A stretch of 64,000 nucleotides of DNA from a virus (IMGVR_UViG_3300049846_002429:3160-67159); one strand, 5' to 3'. Counted from the stretch's first letter, positions 18,964 through 27,207 are shown. The notes: generated by a model not told the origin, from the sequence alone. Translations and numbers: made by a program.

Positions 18964-19494
18964 TTGGAATATATGATGATGTTAGGAATGGCAGTGGTTG
19001 GTATGATTGCACTGCAATTCACAAAAGAGAAGCATACAATGGACGTTAAATGGGATAAAATAGCTCAGTTTATTGCTTTTCTATTTGTTCTTAGCATCTT
19101 CCGTATCTCAGCGTTTAGTTTCTTGGTTGATATGGGCTTGATGAAGCAATTGCCCACAGTTCCACCGGAAATTGCAGGGTCCAGATGGACACTTTGTCTT
19201 GTCTTCTGGGAAGATATGTTCTTTGGACTCCCACTATATTTCATCCACAAATACATGCATGGGCCTGTTAGCAAACACCTCAAATGGCCGCTAACTATAC
19301 TGATTTCAATGCTTTTTGCTTCAGGTCACGCTTATCAGGGCTTATATGGCGTTTTGGTAACGTCAATCTATCCGTTCTTTATCTCAAAACGATACGGTGA
19401 GAAGCATGGCTTTGGAACCGTGATGCTTTGCCATATCCTTTACGATAACTTCACGTTCTATTCGATTTGGCTACTCCCATATTTGTTATTATAG
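18964..19494 (+). CDS. CPBP-family (CAAX/Abi) intramembrane metalloprotease-like protein
   Basis: Multiple TM helices with motifs WEDMFFGLP, FASGH and CHILYDN. Confidence 0.5.
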   Translation: MEYMMMLGMAVVGMIALQFTKEKHTMDVKWDKIAQFIAFLFVLSIFRISAFSFLVDMGLMKQLPTVPPEIAGSRWTLCLVFWEDMFFGLPLYFIHKYMHGPVSKHLKWPLTILISMLFASGHAYQGLYGVLVTSIYPFFISKRYGEKHGFGTVMLCHILYDNFTFYSIWLLPYLLL

Positions 19495-19631
19495 GGAAGA
19501 TTTTTATATTTAACAATCTTTTCACAATTAACATAACTAATTGAAATAATTAATAAAATTTAAAAAAATATTTTTAATATTTATCAAAAATAACAATCTC
19601 TGTAAGAGTGGTTACAATAAGAGGTTAGAAA

Positions 19632-19826
19632 ATGAGTATTTCAAAGAGATCAAAAGAATATCTAACAGTTGCATTTGCCGATCAAGAAGTAGCGAATGAA
19701 GTTATAGAACTTCTTAATACCGCAGATAGACTTGTTCGTAGAATGGAAGCTTTGCTCCAGAAAATGGATTCAGATACTGGTATATCTGATACAGACTATG
19801 AAGATACTGTAGAATCCGTAGATTAG
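19632..19826 (+). CDS. hypothetical acidic protein
   Basis: RBS AAGAGGT upstream. Confidence 0.5.
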   Translation: MSISKRSKEYLTVAFADQEVANEVIELLNTADRLVRRMEALLQKMDSDTGISDTDYEDTVESVD

Positions 19827-19834
19827 GAGAATAT

Positions 19835-20167
19835 ATGTCACAAAAACCATTGAGTGAAATTTACCATAAACCTGGCAATATGTCGGAAGAGGTAGATTAT
19901 ACTTTGACCGAGATGAAACAAGCCTTTGATATTATAGAGCAAAAGTTAGAAGAAGTTGTAAAGATTAACGATATACTGCAGATTCAAGAGATTAATGATG
20001 CAAATTATTCTAATAAGAATGAAACAGACAATGCCTTGTCGTTAATTAATGATAAGATTGAAAAGTTAACCTTGGCTATTCAGGCCTTGGCTGACAAGTT
20101 AGATTCAGAAGACGTTACCAATTTAGATAATAACTATCGTTCCACAGTGGACGATGAAATAAATTAA
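19835..20167 (+). CDS. hypothetical coiled-coil protein
   Basis: RBS AGGAGAATATATG. Confidence 0.5.
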   Translation: MSQKPLSEIYHKPGNMSEEVDYTLTEMKQAFDIIEQKLEEVVKINDILQIQEINDANYSNKNETDNALSLINDKIEKLTLAIQALADKLDSEDVTNLDNNYRSTVDDEIN

Positions 20168-20180
20168 AAGGAGAAAAAAA

Positions 20181-20810
20181 ATGAGTACACTACAATTAAA
20201 AGGACTTATAGTTGGGTCTGGAAATAAGGCTCCAGTTGCAATTGAAGCTGCTATTCCAAAAAGGGATAATAGTATATCTGCAACATTAGATTATAAAGGT
20301 GCTTGGAGTTTAGTTAGGTCTAGCGGCTCAGGATATGGTCACATCTCTGGTGAGGCAAAATCCTCATCTAAACCAACAATAACGTATGAGGTTCAAATTA
20401 ATGATACTCAGCTTTATGCCAAAGGTCAGGCAATTGACGGAGTTCTGTTGGTAACTCCAGGCATGTTTGGAAATACAAGTGAATATGAATCATGGGCACA
20501 GCCCATTGAGGCAGCATTGCCAACAATGCCAACAAAGGAAACTGTATTTAGTTTTTTAGATCGGTCAAATGTTAACACCACAGTATTGTTAGTTCCAGTT
20601 CCGGCTTCATCTATTACTGAAAACATCGGCGGTTCTAATTATACAGATTGTACAGAAGCCTCTTTAAAATTTTCTGGAAAGGCTGAAAATTTATCGATTG
20701 GGTCTGGCAATCAATATTTTGACTGGAGTTTTATAAATGCTAGTGACTATATTACAACTGGAAGCTTAAATATTAATGGTTCAGGAATGGCCAAAATCCA
20801 AAGTTCTTAA
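20181..20810 (+). CDS. hypothetical protein (possibly virion-associated)
   Basis: RBS AAAGGAG; terminator downstream. Confidence 0.5.
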   Translation: MSTLQLKGLIVGSGNKAPVAIEAAIPKRDNSISATLDYKGAWSLVRSSGSGYGHISGEAKSSSKPTITYEVQINDTQLYAKGQAIDGVLLVTPGMFGNTSEYESWAQPIEAALPTMPTKETVFSFLDRSNVNTTVLLVPVPASSITENIGGSNYTDCTEASLKFSGKAENLSIGSGNQYFDWSFINASDYITTGSLNINGSGMAKIQSS

Positions 20811-20887
20811 AAAATATCCAAACAATCTATTATTGTGATAGATTAATTATTCCTATAACTTAATAATCTCATTATGAGAATAATTTA

Positions 20888-20916
20888 AAGGCGCTTGACA
20901 AAGCGCCTTTTTTATT
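20888..20916 (+). terminator. rho-independent terminator
   Basis: AAGGCGCTT-gaca-AAGCGCCTT followed by TTTTTAT. Confidence 0.65.
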
Positions 20917-21054
20917 GTATTCTATTGTTGAACTGCAGTAATGGCCGCTGAGTCCGTGGCGGTAACGGAAAGAAGTTCATCTACTGGCAAGGTACTGCAA
21001 GCGGTAGAAGGCGTAGCTCACCTAGTAACGAGCCGTTTTTTTAAGGAGATTATT

Positions 21055-21276
21055 ATGAAAGTAAAAGATAAATCAGGTCGTCAAATCGAAATTAGCGTTT
21101 ATGGTCGTTATGAAGACGATATTCAGATTGATGAAGCTTATTACACTGATTCTGAAGAAGAAGTTTCCGATGAAACTCTGGACTATATTTACAGTCAATA
21201 TGCTGATGCTATGTATGAAGAATGGTATGATAACAAAGTAGGCGAAGCCGAATATTATTACGAAGGAGATCGGTAA
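21055..21276 (+). CDS. hypothetical acidic protein
   Basis: RBS AAGGAG 7 nt upstream of the internal ATG; the upstream ~115 nt are non-coding leader. Confidence 0.5.
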   Translation: MKVKDKSGRQIEISVYGRYEDDIQIDEAYYTDSEEEVSDETLDYIYSQYADAMYEEWYDNKVGEAEYYYEGDR

Positions 21277-21473
21277 TGGAAAGCTCTACATTTAAGGGTT
21301 TCTTTTTTCTTGTCGTGATTCTTATGGTTGTCATGTTCGCAGCCCAATTGTGGTTTGGTAAAACTATGTATGAGAGCTGCATTGAAGAGGGTAAGTCTAA
21401 AGCTCAATGTTTAAAAATGCTAAACCGTGAAATGGGCGGTCGTGGACACAATATTACAGTAGATGAGGAATAA
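21276..21473 (+). CDS. small membrane protein
   Basis: TM segment FFFLVVILMVVMFAAQLWF. Confidence 0.45.
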   Translation: MESSTFKGFFFLVVILMVVMFAAQLWFGKTMYESCIEEGKSKAQCLKMLNREMGGRGHNITVDEE

Positions 21474-21605
21474 TTATGAATTACGATGCGTTGTTATTGA
21501 GAATTCAAACTGTTGGCGCTGCCTATTTGTTAGGTGGTTCAGCACCTGCTGCCTATGTATTGATCGCATGGTCAGTAATGGGCTTTTTTAGCTTGTGGAG
21601 ATAAC

Positions 21606-21911
21606 ATGAAAAAAGTAGTAAGAGACGGAAAGGTCGCAGTTCTTTATTCGCCTGGCTATGGTGCTGGTTGGCACACTTGGGGAGCGCCAGTTGAAATGGT
21701 CTTTGACCCAGAAATCGTTAAGATGGTTGAGGAAGAGCGTTTTGACGATATCGAAGCCTATGTGGAATCGCTTGGCCTTGATTTCTATACAGGCGGCTCA
21801 CATGATCTTAAAATTAAATGGATTCCAGAGGGAACTCAATTTAAAATTAATGAGTATGATGGTAGTGAATCGATTGAAATTCTTGGACAAATTGATTTTT
21901 TAACTGCGTAG
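21606..21911 (+). CDS. hypothetical protein
   Basis: RBS GGAGATAACATG. Confidence 0.5.
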   Translation: MKKVVRDGKVAVLYSPGYGAGWHTWGAPVEMVFDPEIVKMVEEERFDDIEAYVESLGLDFYTGGSHDLKIKWIPEGTQFKINEYDGSESIEILGQIDFLTA

Positions 21912-21922
21912 GTTTTTTTAAA

Positions 21923-22204
21923 ATGAATGAATATAGATTTTATGATAATGAAGCTATAAAGAAAAATGACATCCTCCTAATACCCTTTGGTGGAAGGGTA
22001 CCATCGGTATATCGTGTATTACGAGCAAATAAAAGAAAGATGTTTTTAGAAGTGATTGTTTTGGCAGATAATTACGAAAAGACTTCACTGATATCTGGAA
22101 CAAGGCTTAATGTTGGCAAGGCTATTTATGAAGGGTATTGGTGTTTTTGCGTGGTAAAAGACAAAAAACCTACTTCTCCTAGAATAATAGAGGAAAAGCC
22201 ATGA
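21923..22204 (+). CDS. hypothetical protein
   Basis: 93-aa ORF. Confidence 0.45.
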   Translation: MNEYRFYDNEAIKKNDILLIPFGGRVPSVYRVLRANKRKMFLEVIVLADNYEKTSLISGTRLNVGKAIYEGYWCFCVVKDKKPTSPRIIEEKP

Positions 22205-22563
22205 AAATCGCATTTGACGTTAAGGGTACAATCGAAGGCTATAAAAAGAAGCAAGTGCTTCGTATGTTTGAGCTTTTCCAAAAGGCTGGGCATGAAGTGA
22301 TTGTATGGAGCAATTCATACAGCTTTGCCGTTGATGCGATTGAGGATAACGAGCTGACCAACACAAGGGCTGAATCCAAGGGCGATAAATGGAATACCTC
22401 TGAAGAAAACTACTATGATTTGGCCATTGAGGATGATCGTCAACAAGGTCAATGGCTTGCGGCTAAGAAATTCGTATTTGTTGATGACATTCCAGATGAG
22501 ATGGTTTTGGTGGATGTTTTGGTACAAAATATATTGGGGAGTTCTAATGAAACTAAAATTTAA
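22201..22563 (+). CDS. hypothetical protein
   Basis: ATGA coupling. Confidence 0.5.
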   Translation: MKIAFDVKGTIEGYKKKQVLRMFELFQKAGHEVIVWSNSYSFAVDAIEDNELTNTRAESKGDKWNTSEENYYDLAIEDDRQQGQWLAAKKFVFVDDIPDEMVLVDVLVQNILGSSNETKI

Positions 22564-22753
22564 GGGCGCAAGGGTTTATTATAAAAAACAACCAATAGGT
22601 GTTGTGCATGGTGCGATGCTAACGGCAACTCCATACGATGGACAACAAGTAACTTTTAGTGTTGAGATCAACAGGCTTCCCAAAGGCTTGAGCATGAAAG
22701 ACTTGCAAAAAGCCTTGTCATATAATTCTTTCTCAAACAAAAAGAGCAAATAA
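22547..22753 (+). CDS. hypothetical protein
   Basis: Internal start overlapping the upstream gene's end. Confidence 0.35.
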   Translation: MKLKFKGARVYYKKQPIGVVHGAMLTATPYDGQQVTFSVEINRLPKGLSMKDLQKALSYNSFSNKKSK

Positions 22754-23043
22754 TGGCAACGTGGGGTAAAAAAACTATCAAGGTCAACAAATACGAACCA
22801 GAAACCACGTTGTATTACGATTACAACACCACTGTTGACGCTTATTATTTTAGATATAAAGGCCAAGAAGATTACGGACTTGGCTATGAACAGTTCGATG
22901 TAGAAACTCGCATGAGCCAAGAGCAGGGCGAAGCTATGATGGAGGCCCTAATCAATCATATATTGTATTTTGAATGCTCAGGCGATGAAGAAAAGTTCAT
23001 GGAAGAATATGTGAAAAATAATAGATTTAGGAATCAAAAATGA
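22753..23043 (+). CDS. hypothetical protein
   Basis: 96-aa ORF. Confidence 0.5.
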   Translation: MATWGKKTIKVNKYEPETTLYYDYNTTVDAYYFRYKGQEDYGLGYEQFDVETRMSQEQGEAMMEALINHILYFECSGDEEKFMEEYVKNNRFRNQK

Positions 23044-23255
23044 AATGCGAATTTGAACAAAAGGGTATTGGCGAGCCAACGTGTTGTGAGGGCGAGGTAA
23101 AGCTGCGCCATGCTATGACCGCTTATCACTTTGAAGGTGTTAAAAATAGCCCAGAAGACCCGAATAGGGATTTCTATGCATGTGAGGGTTGTTATCAGGC
23201 CTATGTAGAATATTGGCAGTATATGTGGGATGAGTATTATTCATCCGTTAGGTAA
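23040..23255 (+). CDS. Cys-rich small protein (putative zinc-binding)
   Basis: CCEGE...CEGC pairs. Confidence 0.45.
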   Translation: MKCEFEQKGIGEPTCCEGEVKLRHAMTAYHFEGVKNSPEDPNRDFYACEGCYQAYVEYWQYMWDEYYSSVR

Positions 23256-23257
23256 TG

Positions 23258-23266
23258 TGGTATAAT
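23258..23266 (+). promoter_or_regulatory. extended -10 promoter TGGTATAAT
   Basis: ATGTGGTATAAT. Confidence 0.5.
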
Positions 23267-23359
23267 ATAGTAATGCCTAAAGCTTTGAGCGAAGCCCTGG
23301 TTTGTTACCAGGAAGAGGTCAGCGTAGCGTACTGATGGGCAGGTTTATTAGGAGAATGT

Positions 23360-24055
23360 ATGAAAAGGCGCAGTTTTTTACTTGGTTTGGGCGGTTTAGG
23401 CGCAGCTTCTTTAATACCAACCAGTTTACTTAAAAAAGTATCCATTAATTTACTTCCATACACAACCCCACAATGGGCACCAGCCACTACAATAGCAGCT
23501 ACCCCTTATATTCTCTATCAGTACAACAAGTGCGTTGCGATTTCCCCATGCCTTATGGAGAACACCTACATTAGATGTTTCGAGCTGGTTATGGCTGCAA
23601 ATAACATAACTGAGCGAGATATTATTAATGAATTTTATTCAAAATATGATGAAGATGAGGCCTTTTTGACAACTACAGCAGCAGAAGGTGATTTCGGCAT
23701 GGGTTTTGGAACATTTAGACGACACAACACCGTAGGATGGCTAAAGCAACACTTTGAGGGAATGAGAGAAAGACAGTTGTCTGAAGTAGGTCGCAGGATA
23801 GAAAAAGATATTCCAAAGCTTGGTAAATATATTTACACTGCTCATAGAGATGGAAACTACATCGTTCACACATCTAAGTACGAAAACGGAAAAGAAAAAG
23901 TTAGAAAAGAACGTCTATATGATATAGAAAGCTACGCGAAGGAAATGGTTTCTGGAAGGGTACGGTATAATTCACCACAAGAGATAGCCCGAAGAAGAGA
24001 TTATGAAGTTTATTATAAGAATAATCACTTTCCCACAGATAGCAGGTGGAGCTAA
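23360..24055 (+). CDS. Tat-signal-bearing exported protein
   Basis: N-terminus MKRRSFLLGLGGLGAASLIP (twin-arginine motif); RBS AGGAGA. Confidence 0.5.
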   Translation: MKRRSFLLGLGGLGAASLIPTSLLKKVSINLLPYTTPQWAPATTIAATPYILYQYNKCVAISPCLMENTYIRCFELVMAANNITERDIINEFYSKYDEDEAFLTTTAAEGDFGMGFGTFRRHNTVGWLKQHFEGMRERQLSEVGRRIEKDIPKLGKYIYTAHRDGNYIVHTSKYENGKEKVRKERLYDIESYAKEMVSGRVRYNSPQEIARRRDYEVYYKNNHFPTDSRWS

Positions 24056-24058
24056 TAT

Positions 24059-24292
24059 ATGAAAAAAGAATTCCACGCATTTGAAATTCCAATGCTTTCT
24101 TTAAAGAAGTTCTTAAATGAGGTTCAAAAGGGCGACGATATGCGTGGAAATACGGTTGAGCGCGTTGATTTGGTTGGCGATATTTATGTTGTATTGATTT
24201 CTTGTGAATACAGCTATCCGTTTATTATCAATAACTTAAGAGATCTGGAGAGAGAGTTTTATGAAGCGATCAGAAATGCTCCTAATTATTGA
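24059..24292 (+). CDS. hypothetical protein
   Basis: 77-aa ORF. Confidence 0.45.
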   Translation: MKKEFHAFEIPMLSLKKFLNEVQKGDDMRGNTVERVDLVGDIYVVLISCEYSYPFIINNLRDLEREFYEAIRNAPNY

Positions 24293-24593
24293 AAAAGAAA
24301 TGTATCGCAAGCGCGGTCGCACAGAGGATTTGGACCCAAGAGTTCAAGCTGCCCTTATGCTTGATGTTATTGAAAAAGCTGGCATGGCTCCTCCAACGCT
24401 TCCATCTGACTATTGCCAAGCAATCATGCAGGTTTATTATGCTGGATACACCTTTCATCAATGGGAAGAAAGTGTTAAACAAGATTATAAAGTAATGGAA
24501 GCAATGCGTAAGCGAGAAGAGATTAAGAAGCTTACTCCAGCAGAGCGATCTGCTAGACTTAGAGCTTCTGCTGCGAGAAGGACTGGGCGATGA
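24261..24593 (+). CDS. hypothetical protein, paralogue pair member 1
   Basis: Both begin MKRSEM and share the motif AGM(A/Q)PP with the next gene. Confidence 0.5.
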   Translation: MKRSEMLLIIEKEMYRKRGRTEDLDPRVQAALMLDVIEKAGMAPPTLPSDYCQAIMQVYYAGYTFHQWEESVKQDYKVMEAMRKREEIKKLTPAERSARLRASAARRTGR

Positions 24594-24835
24594 AAAGAAG
24601 TGAAATGGTTGAATTAATGGTTAAGGCCTATTGTGCTTATTCTGGACCTTTAATTGACCATCAATTTAAAATGAAGCGAGTTCTTGAGGCTATGGAAAAG
24701 GCAGGAATGCAGCCGCCACCTCATCAAGAGGAATACGGCACTGGATACCCTGATGAATATGGTCATGAAATCACCGATGTTCAGTGGGTTCAAGGCTGGG
24801 AACAAGAAGAGCCTGAGCGTTCAGGAGCGGTGTGA
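24590..24835 (+). CDS. hypothetical protein, paralogue pair member 2
   Basis: Both begin MKRSEM and share the motif AGM(A/Q)PP with the previous gene. Confidence 0.5.
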   Translation: MKRSEMVELMVKAYCAYSGPLIDHQFKMKRVLEAMEKAGMQPPPHQEEYGTGYPDEYGHEITDVQWVQGWEQEEPERSGAV

Positions 24836-25041
24836 AAAAGAAAATTAACGGCAAAGCTTTAAAACGTGCGTTCTGGTCGTCTTTGGCCAGACTTATTGGT
24901 GTTGGGCTAGGAGCCGGAGCTGGTAGTTTATTGCACCAACTTATTGGCGGTGGTTTTTCAGGATGGGGAGCGGCGGTTGGAATGGCTGTACTTAGCTTTT
25001 TGCTAATGACCTTCGCTGAATATGAAAGAGAGATTGAGTAA
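24832..25041 (+). CDS. small membrane protein (glycine-zipper)
   Basis: GVGLGAGAGSLL...GGGFSGWGAAVGMAVL. Confidence 0.45.
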   Translation: MKKKINGKALKRAFWSSLARLIGVGLGAGAGSLLHQLIGGGFSGWGAAVGMAVLSFLLMTFAEYEREIE

Positions 25042-25241
25042 TGTGTATCATATGTGTAGAATTAATTAAGCAACAGCTTACCATCACAGAGGCTGAAAAG
25101 AATCTCGGTGAAATGGTTAATGATAACAGAGAAACGCTCGAAAAACTTAACCATTATCGCAAGCTTAAGTATGCTGTTGAAGAACTAGATATTGATGAAT
25201 TAGACAAATTGTTGGATGAGGGAACAAATGACATCGAATGA
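25041..25241 (+). CDS. hypothetical protein
   Basis: 66-aa ORF. Confidence 0.4.
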   Translation: MCIICVELIKQQLTITEAEKNLGEMVNDNRETLEKLNHYRKLKYAVEELDIDELDKLLDEGTNDIE

Positions 25242-25398
25242 AGCAATTGTGTTTTTCGTAGTGGGTTTTTTCAGAGCAGCCGCAATGACATTTGCAATAA
25301 GCGTTGCTTGTTATTGGGGATATGATCTTGCAGCAATTCTATTGGTAGGCGCTGCTGGCGGTGTAATGACCATGAAACGTATGGAAGGCGAATCGTGA
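25216..25398 (+). CDS. small membrane protein
   Basis: Two hydrophobic helices. Confidence 0.4.
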   Translation: MREQMTSNEAIVFFVVGFFRAAAMTFAISVACYWGYDLAAILLVGAAGGVMTMKRMEGES

Positions 25399-25688
25399 AA
25401 GATCAACAAGTATTTGATAATTATGAGCATTTCTGGAAAGAAATTGTAGAGAATCCAGATGGTACACTCAACAAAGAACAAGTGATGAGAGAGCTGCATG
25501 ACTTTTCGACACTTATTGGCAATCTCAGTAAGCTTTATTGCTATATTTCTGGCAATGTTGTTAGCAAGCCGATGACAAGGCCAGAGGCTGTTTTGCAATT
25601 ATTCGAGGAACAATTAACAGAAGCGTATGAGCGTGGATATCAAGAGGCAATGGAAGACCATTTAGGTCCAGGAAGTAACGATGAATGA
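25395..25688 (+). CDS. hypothetical protein
   Basis: 97-aa ORF. Confidence 0.5.
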   Translation: MKDQQVFDNYEHFWKEIVENPDGTLNKEQVMRELHDFSTLIGNLSKLYCYISGNVVSKPMTRPEAVLQLFEEQLTEAYERGYQEAMEDHLGPGSNDE

Positions 25689-25980
25689 TGGGTTGACCAA
25701 GGAAGAACGGTGGATGGTTGAGCAAATCAAGGCCCAACTGCCACTCATTGAAAAAATACCTAATCCAGACAAATCTCGCTGTTTACTTGGCCTTGCATAT
25801 GAATATTTCCTTATGGATATGGAAGAAGAGGCCTACAAGCTTTTAGAGAAAGCAGACCCAGCCTATTTCAGTGAGCAACTGGGCAAAGATATGGAAGAAA
25901 TGTCTGAAATGACAGAGATTGTCATGAGAATTCTCGATAAATTGATGGATATCGGCGTTGTTGTGGTTAAGACTAAATGA
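25681..25980 (+). CDS. hypothetical protein
   Basis: 99-aa ORF. Confidence 0.5.
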   Translation: MNDGLTKEERWMVEQIKAQLPLIEKIPNPDKSRCLLGLAYEYFLMDMEEEAYKLLEKADPAYFSEQLGKDMEEMSEMTEIVMRILDKLMDIGVVVVKTK

Positions 25981-25986
25981 TTTAAT

Positions 25987-25995
25987 GGTATAATA
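25987..25995 (+). promoter_or_regulatory. extended -10 promoter TGGTATAAT driving a non-coding region
   Basis: ATGGTATAAT followed by ~1.1 kb without a credible ORF. Confidence 0.5.
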
Positions 25996-25999
25996 TAAT

Positions 26000-26190
26000 G
26001 TGCAGTTTCGCGCAGGCTGTGGAGAGGGAAAGCATCCTCTTAGATGCGCCACTGGAAGTGCGAGCTACCCTGAACTAGATGCATGTTCAGGATGTAGGGA
26101 GACTAGCGGTAGGCATCTACTGACGACAGTTTGAAACCACCTGAACCCCAGCCAGTACGCCACTGGCCTGCACGTTTTGTTTTGTTTTTG
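26000..26190 (+). ncRNA. candidate ~185-nt small RNA with paired 5'/3' ends and an intrinsic terminator (6S-like or leader/riboswitch-like)
   Basis: 5' GTGCAG pairs with 3' CTGCAC. Internal perfect hairpins include CCTGAAC-tagatgcat-GTTCAGG. Terminator GCCAGT-acgcc-ACTGGC followed by GTTTTGTTTTGTTTTTG. CGCCACTGG occurs twice. Confidence 0.4.
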
Positions 26191-26195
26191 ATTTG

Positions 26196-26304
26196 TGGCA
26201 TATAGCTCAGTTGGCCAGAGCGTCTGAGATGCTCGTCTACGGACGGCTTCGCTGCTTCTGTGATGGGAGCCAGAAGGTCATAGGTTCGATTCCTATTATG
26301 CTAC
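26196..26304 (+). tRNA. tRNA-like gene with canonical acceptor, D- and T-arms but a ~58-nt irregular middle (possible intron, aberrant anticodon arm or decoy)
   Basis: Acceptor TGGCATA/TATGCTA, D-arm GCTC-AGTTGGCCA-GAGC, T-arm ATAGG-TTCGATT-CCTAT. Candidate anticodon stem TTCTG/CAGAA with a GGG-containing loop. Needs tRNAscan or Infernal. Confidence 0.4.
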
Positions 26305-27149
26305 TTTATTTTTGTGTAGCGGCGTGGGAAGCTGTATAAGGGGTAGCGGTCATTCGTTACTTAAATCATTCGATAGCTGGCGGCCCTTATCTAGAGACAC
26401 GCAGATTCTATAGATTATTGACTATAGGATTAAAAGACGATGGAAAAGCAATTGCGGAGTAAAGGCCGCCTTTCTCTCCAGCAGATCGTTGTCTGGCGAA
26501 CTCGTCAATGCAGGTGGAATTCCTGAGTCGGAGTAGCGACCGACCTACACATTTAGTTTTTGTTTTATGGGTAAGGTGACTTAAAACGTCACTAGCGCAA
26601 GGTGTGACGCACGGAACATGGAATTGGTATAAATCCATGGCGTACAGCCCGATGACCCTGACGAGAGACCAAGACTCCACTAAAGACCTGAATTGTGGCC
26701 ACAATCAGGGGATAATGTAGGTCGATAACGGAGCGCGGCTTGCGACCGCTTACTTTTGAATTTGAAAAAGGAAAGAGTAGTAGGGTTGAACTTTCCTTGC
26801 GATAAGACTCTGGCAACACCAGAAGTAAACTCGCCTTGATAAATAAACAACTCATTGATAGCGTGGTGAGGCCCGAATAAAGAATGGATTGTACAGTCTA
26901 TTCTAGCCTCTAGCCTGCGATACACAGGTGATGGTGTTTCGGACGGAGCAGAAAACTGGTATTAAGTCTGCCTAGTGCCGATTGCGAATAAAAGTAAAGG
27001 CACACCCCACGCTTCTCTTTTTAATAGCTTTAAAAACAGCTATTAAGTCATTTTTCGCCTATAACGACTCTAAATGAGACGATTATAGCGAACATCTTGC
27101 AAATCACAGAAAATTAATGTACTATTATGAAAACGAGCAATAAAGCTTG
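26305..27149 (+). ncRNA. ~850-nt ORF-free, hairpin-rich region: candidate large structured ncRNA (GOLLD/ROOL-like), tRNA-adjacent
   Basis: No ORF has an RBS. Stems include CTATAG..CTATAG, GTGAC-ttaaaac-GTCAC, CCTGAATTGTGG/CCACAATCAGG, GGAAAG..CTTTCC, AATAGCT-ttaaaaac-AGCTATT, and long-range GGCGGCC/GGCCGCC. Bounded by promoters at 25987 and 27150. Confidence 0.3.
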
Positions 27150-27158
27150 TGGTATAAT
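27150..27158 (+). promoter_or_regulatory. extended -10 promoter TTGTGGTATAAT
   Basis: Exact 12-mer. Confidence 0.55.
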
Positions 27159-27207
27159 GTTTTAGAACAATAACAAACTCCCGAAAGGGAAAAAAGGAGA
27201 AATGTAC

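Noticed and set aside
21658-21903. 81-aa ORF in an alternative frame inside 21606..21911
   Set aside because: Nested alternative-frame ORF without RBS.
26196-26304. tmRNA (one-piece or permuted)
   Set aside because: The acceptor, D- and T-elements are in normal order and only 58 nt apart. No tag-peptide reading frame or pseudoknot-sized insert.
26408-26925. Three overlapping minus-strand ORFs (81-98 aa) inside the non-coding RNA region
   Set aside because: No RBS, biased odd composition, mutually overlapping frames. The region behaves as structured RNA rather than coding.
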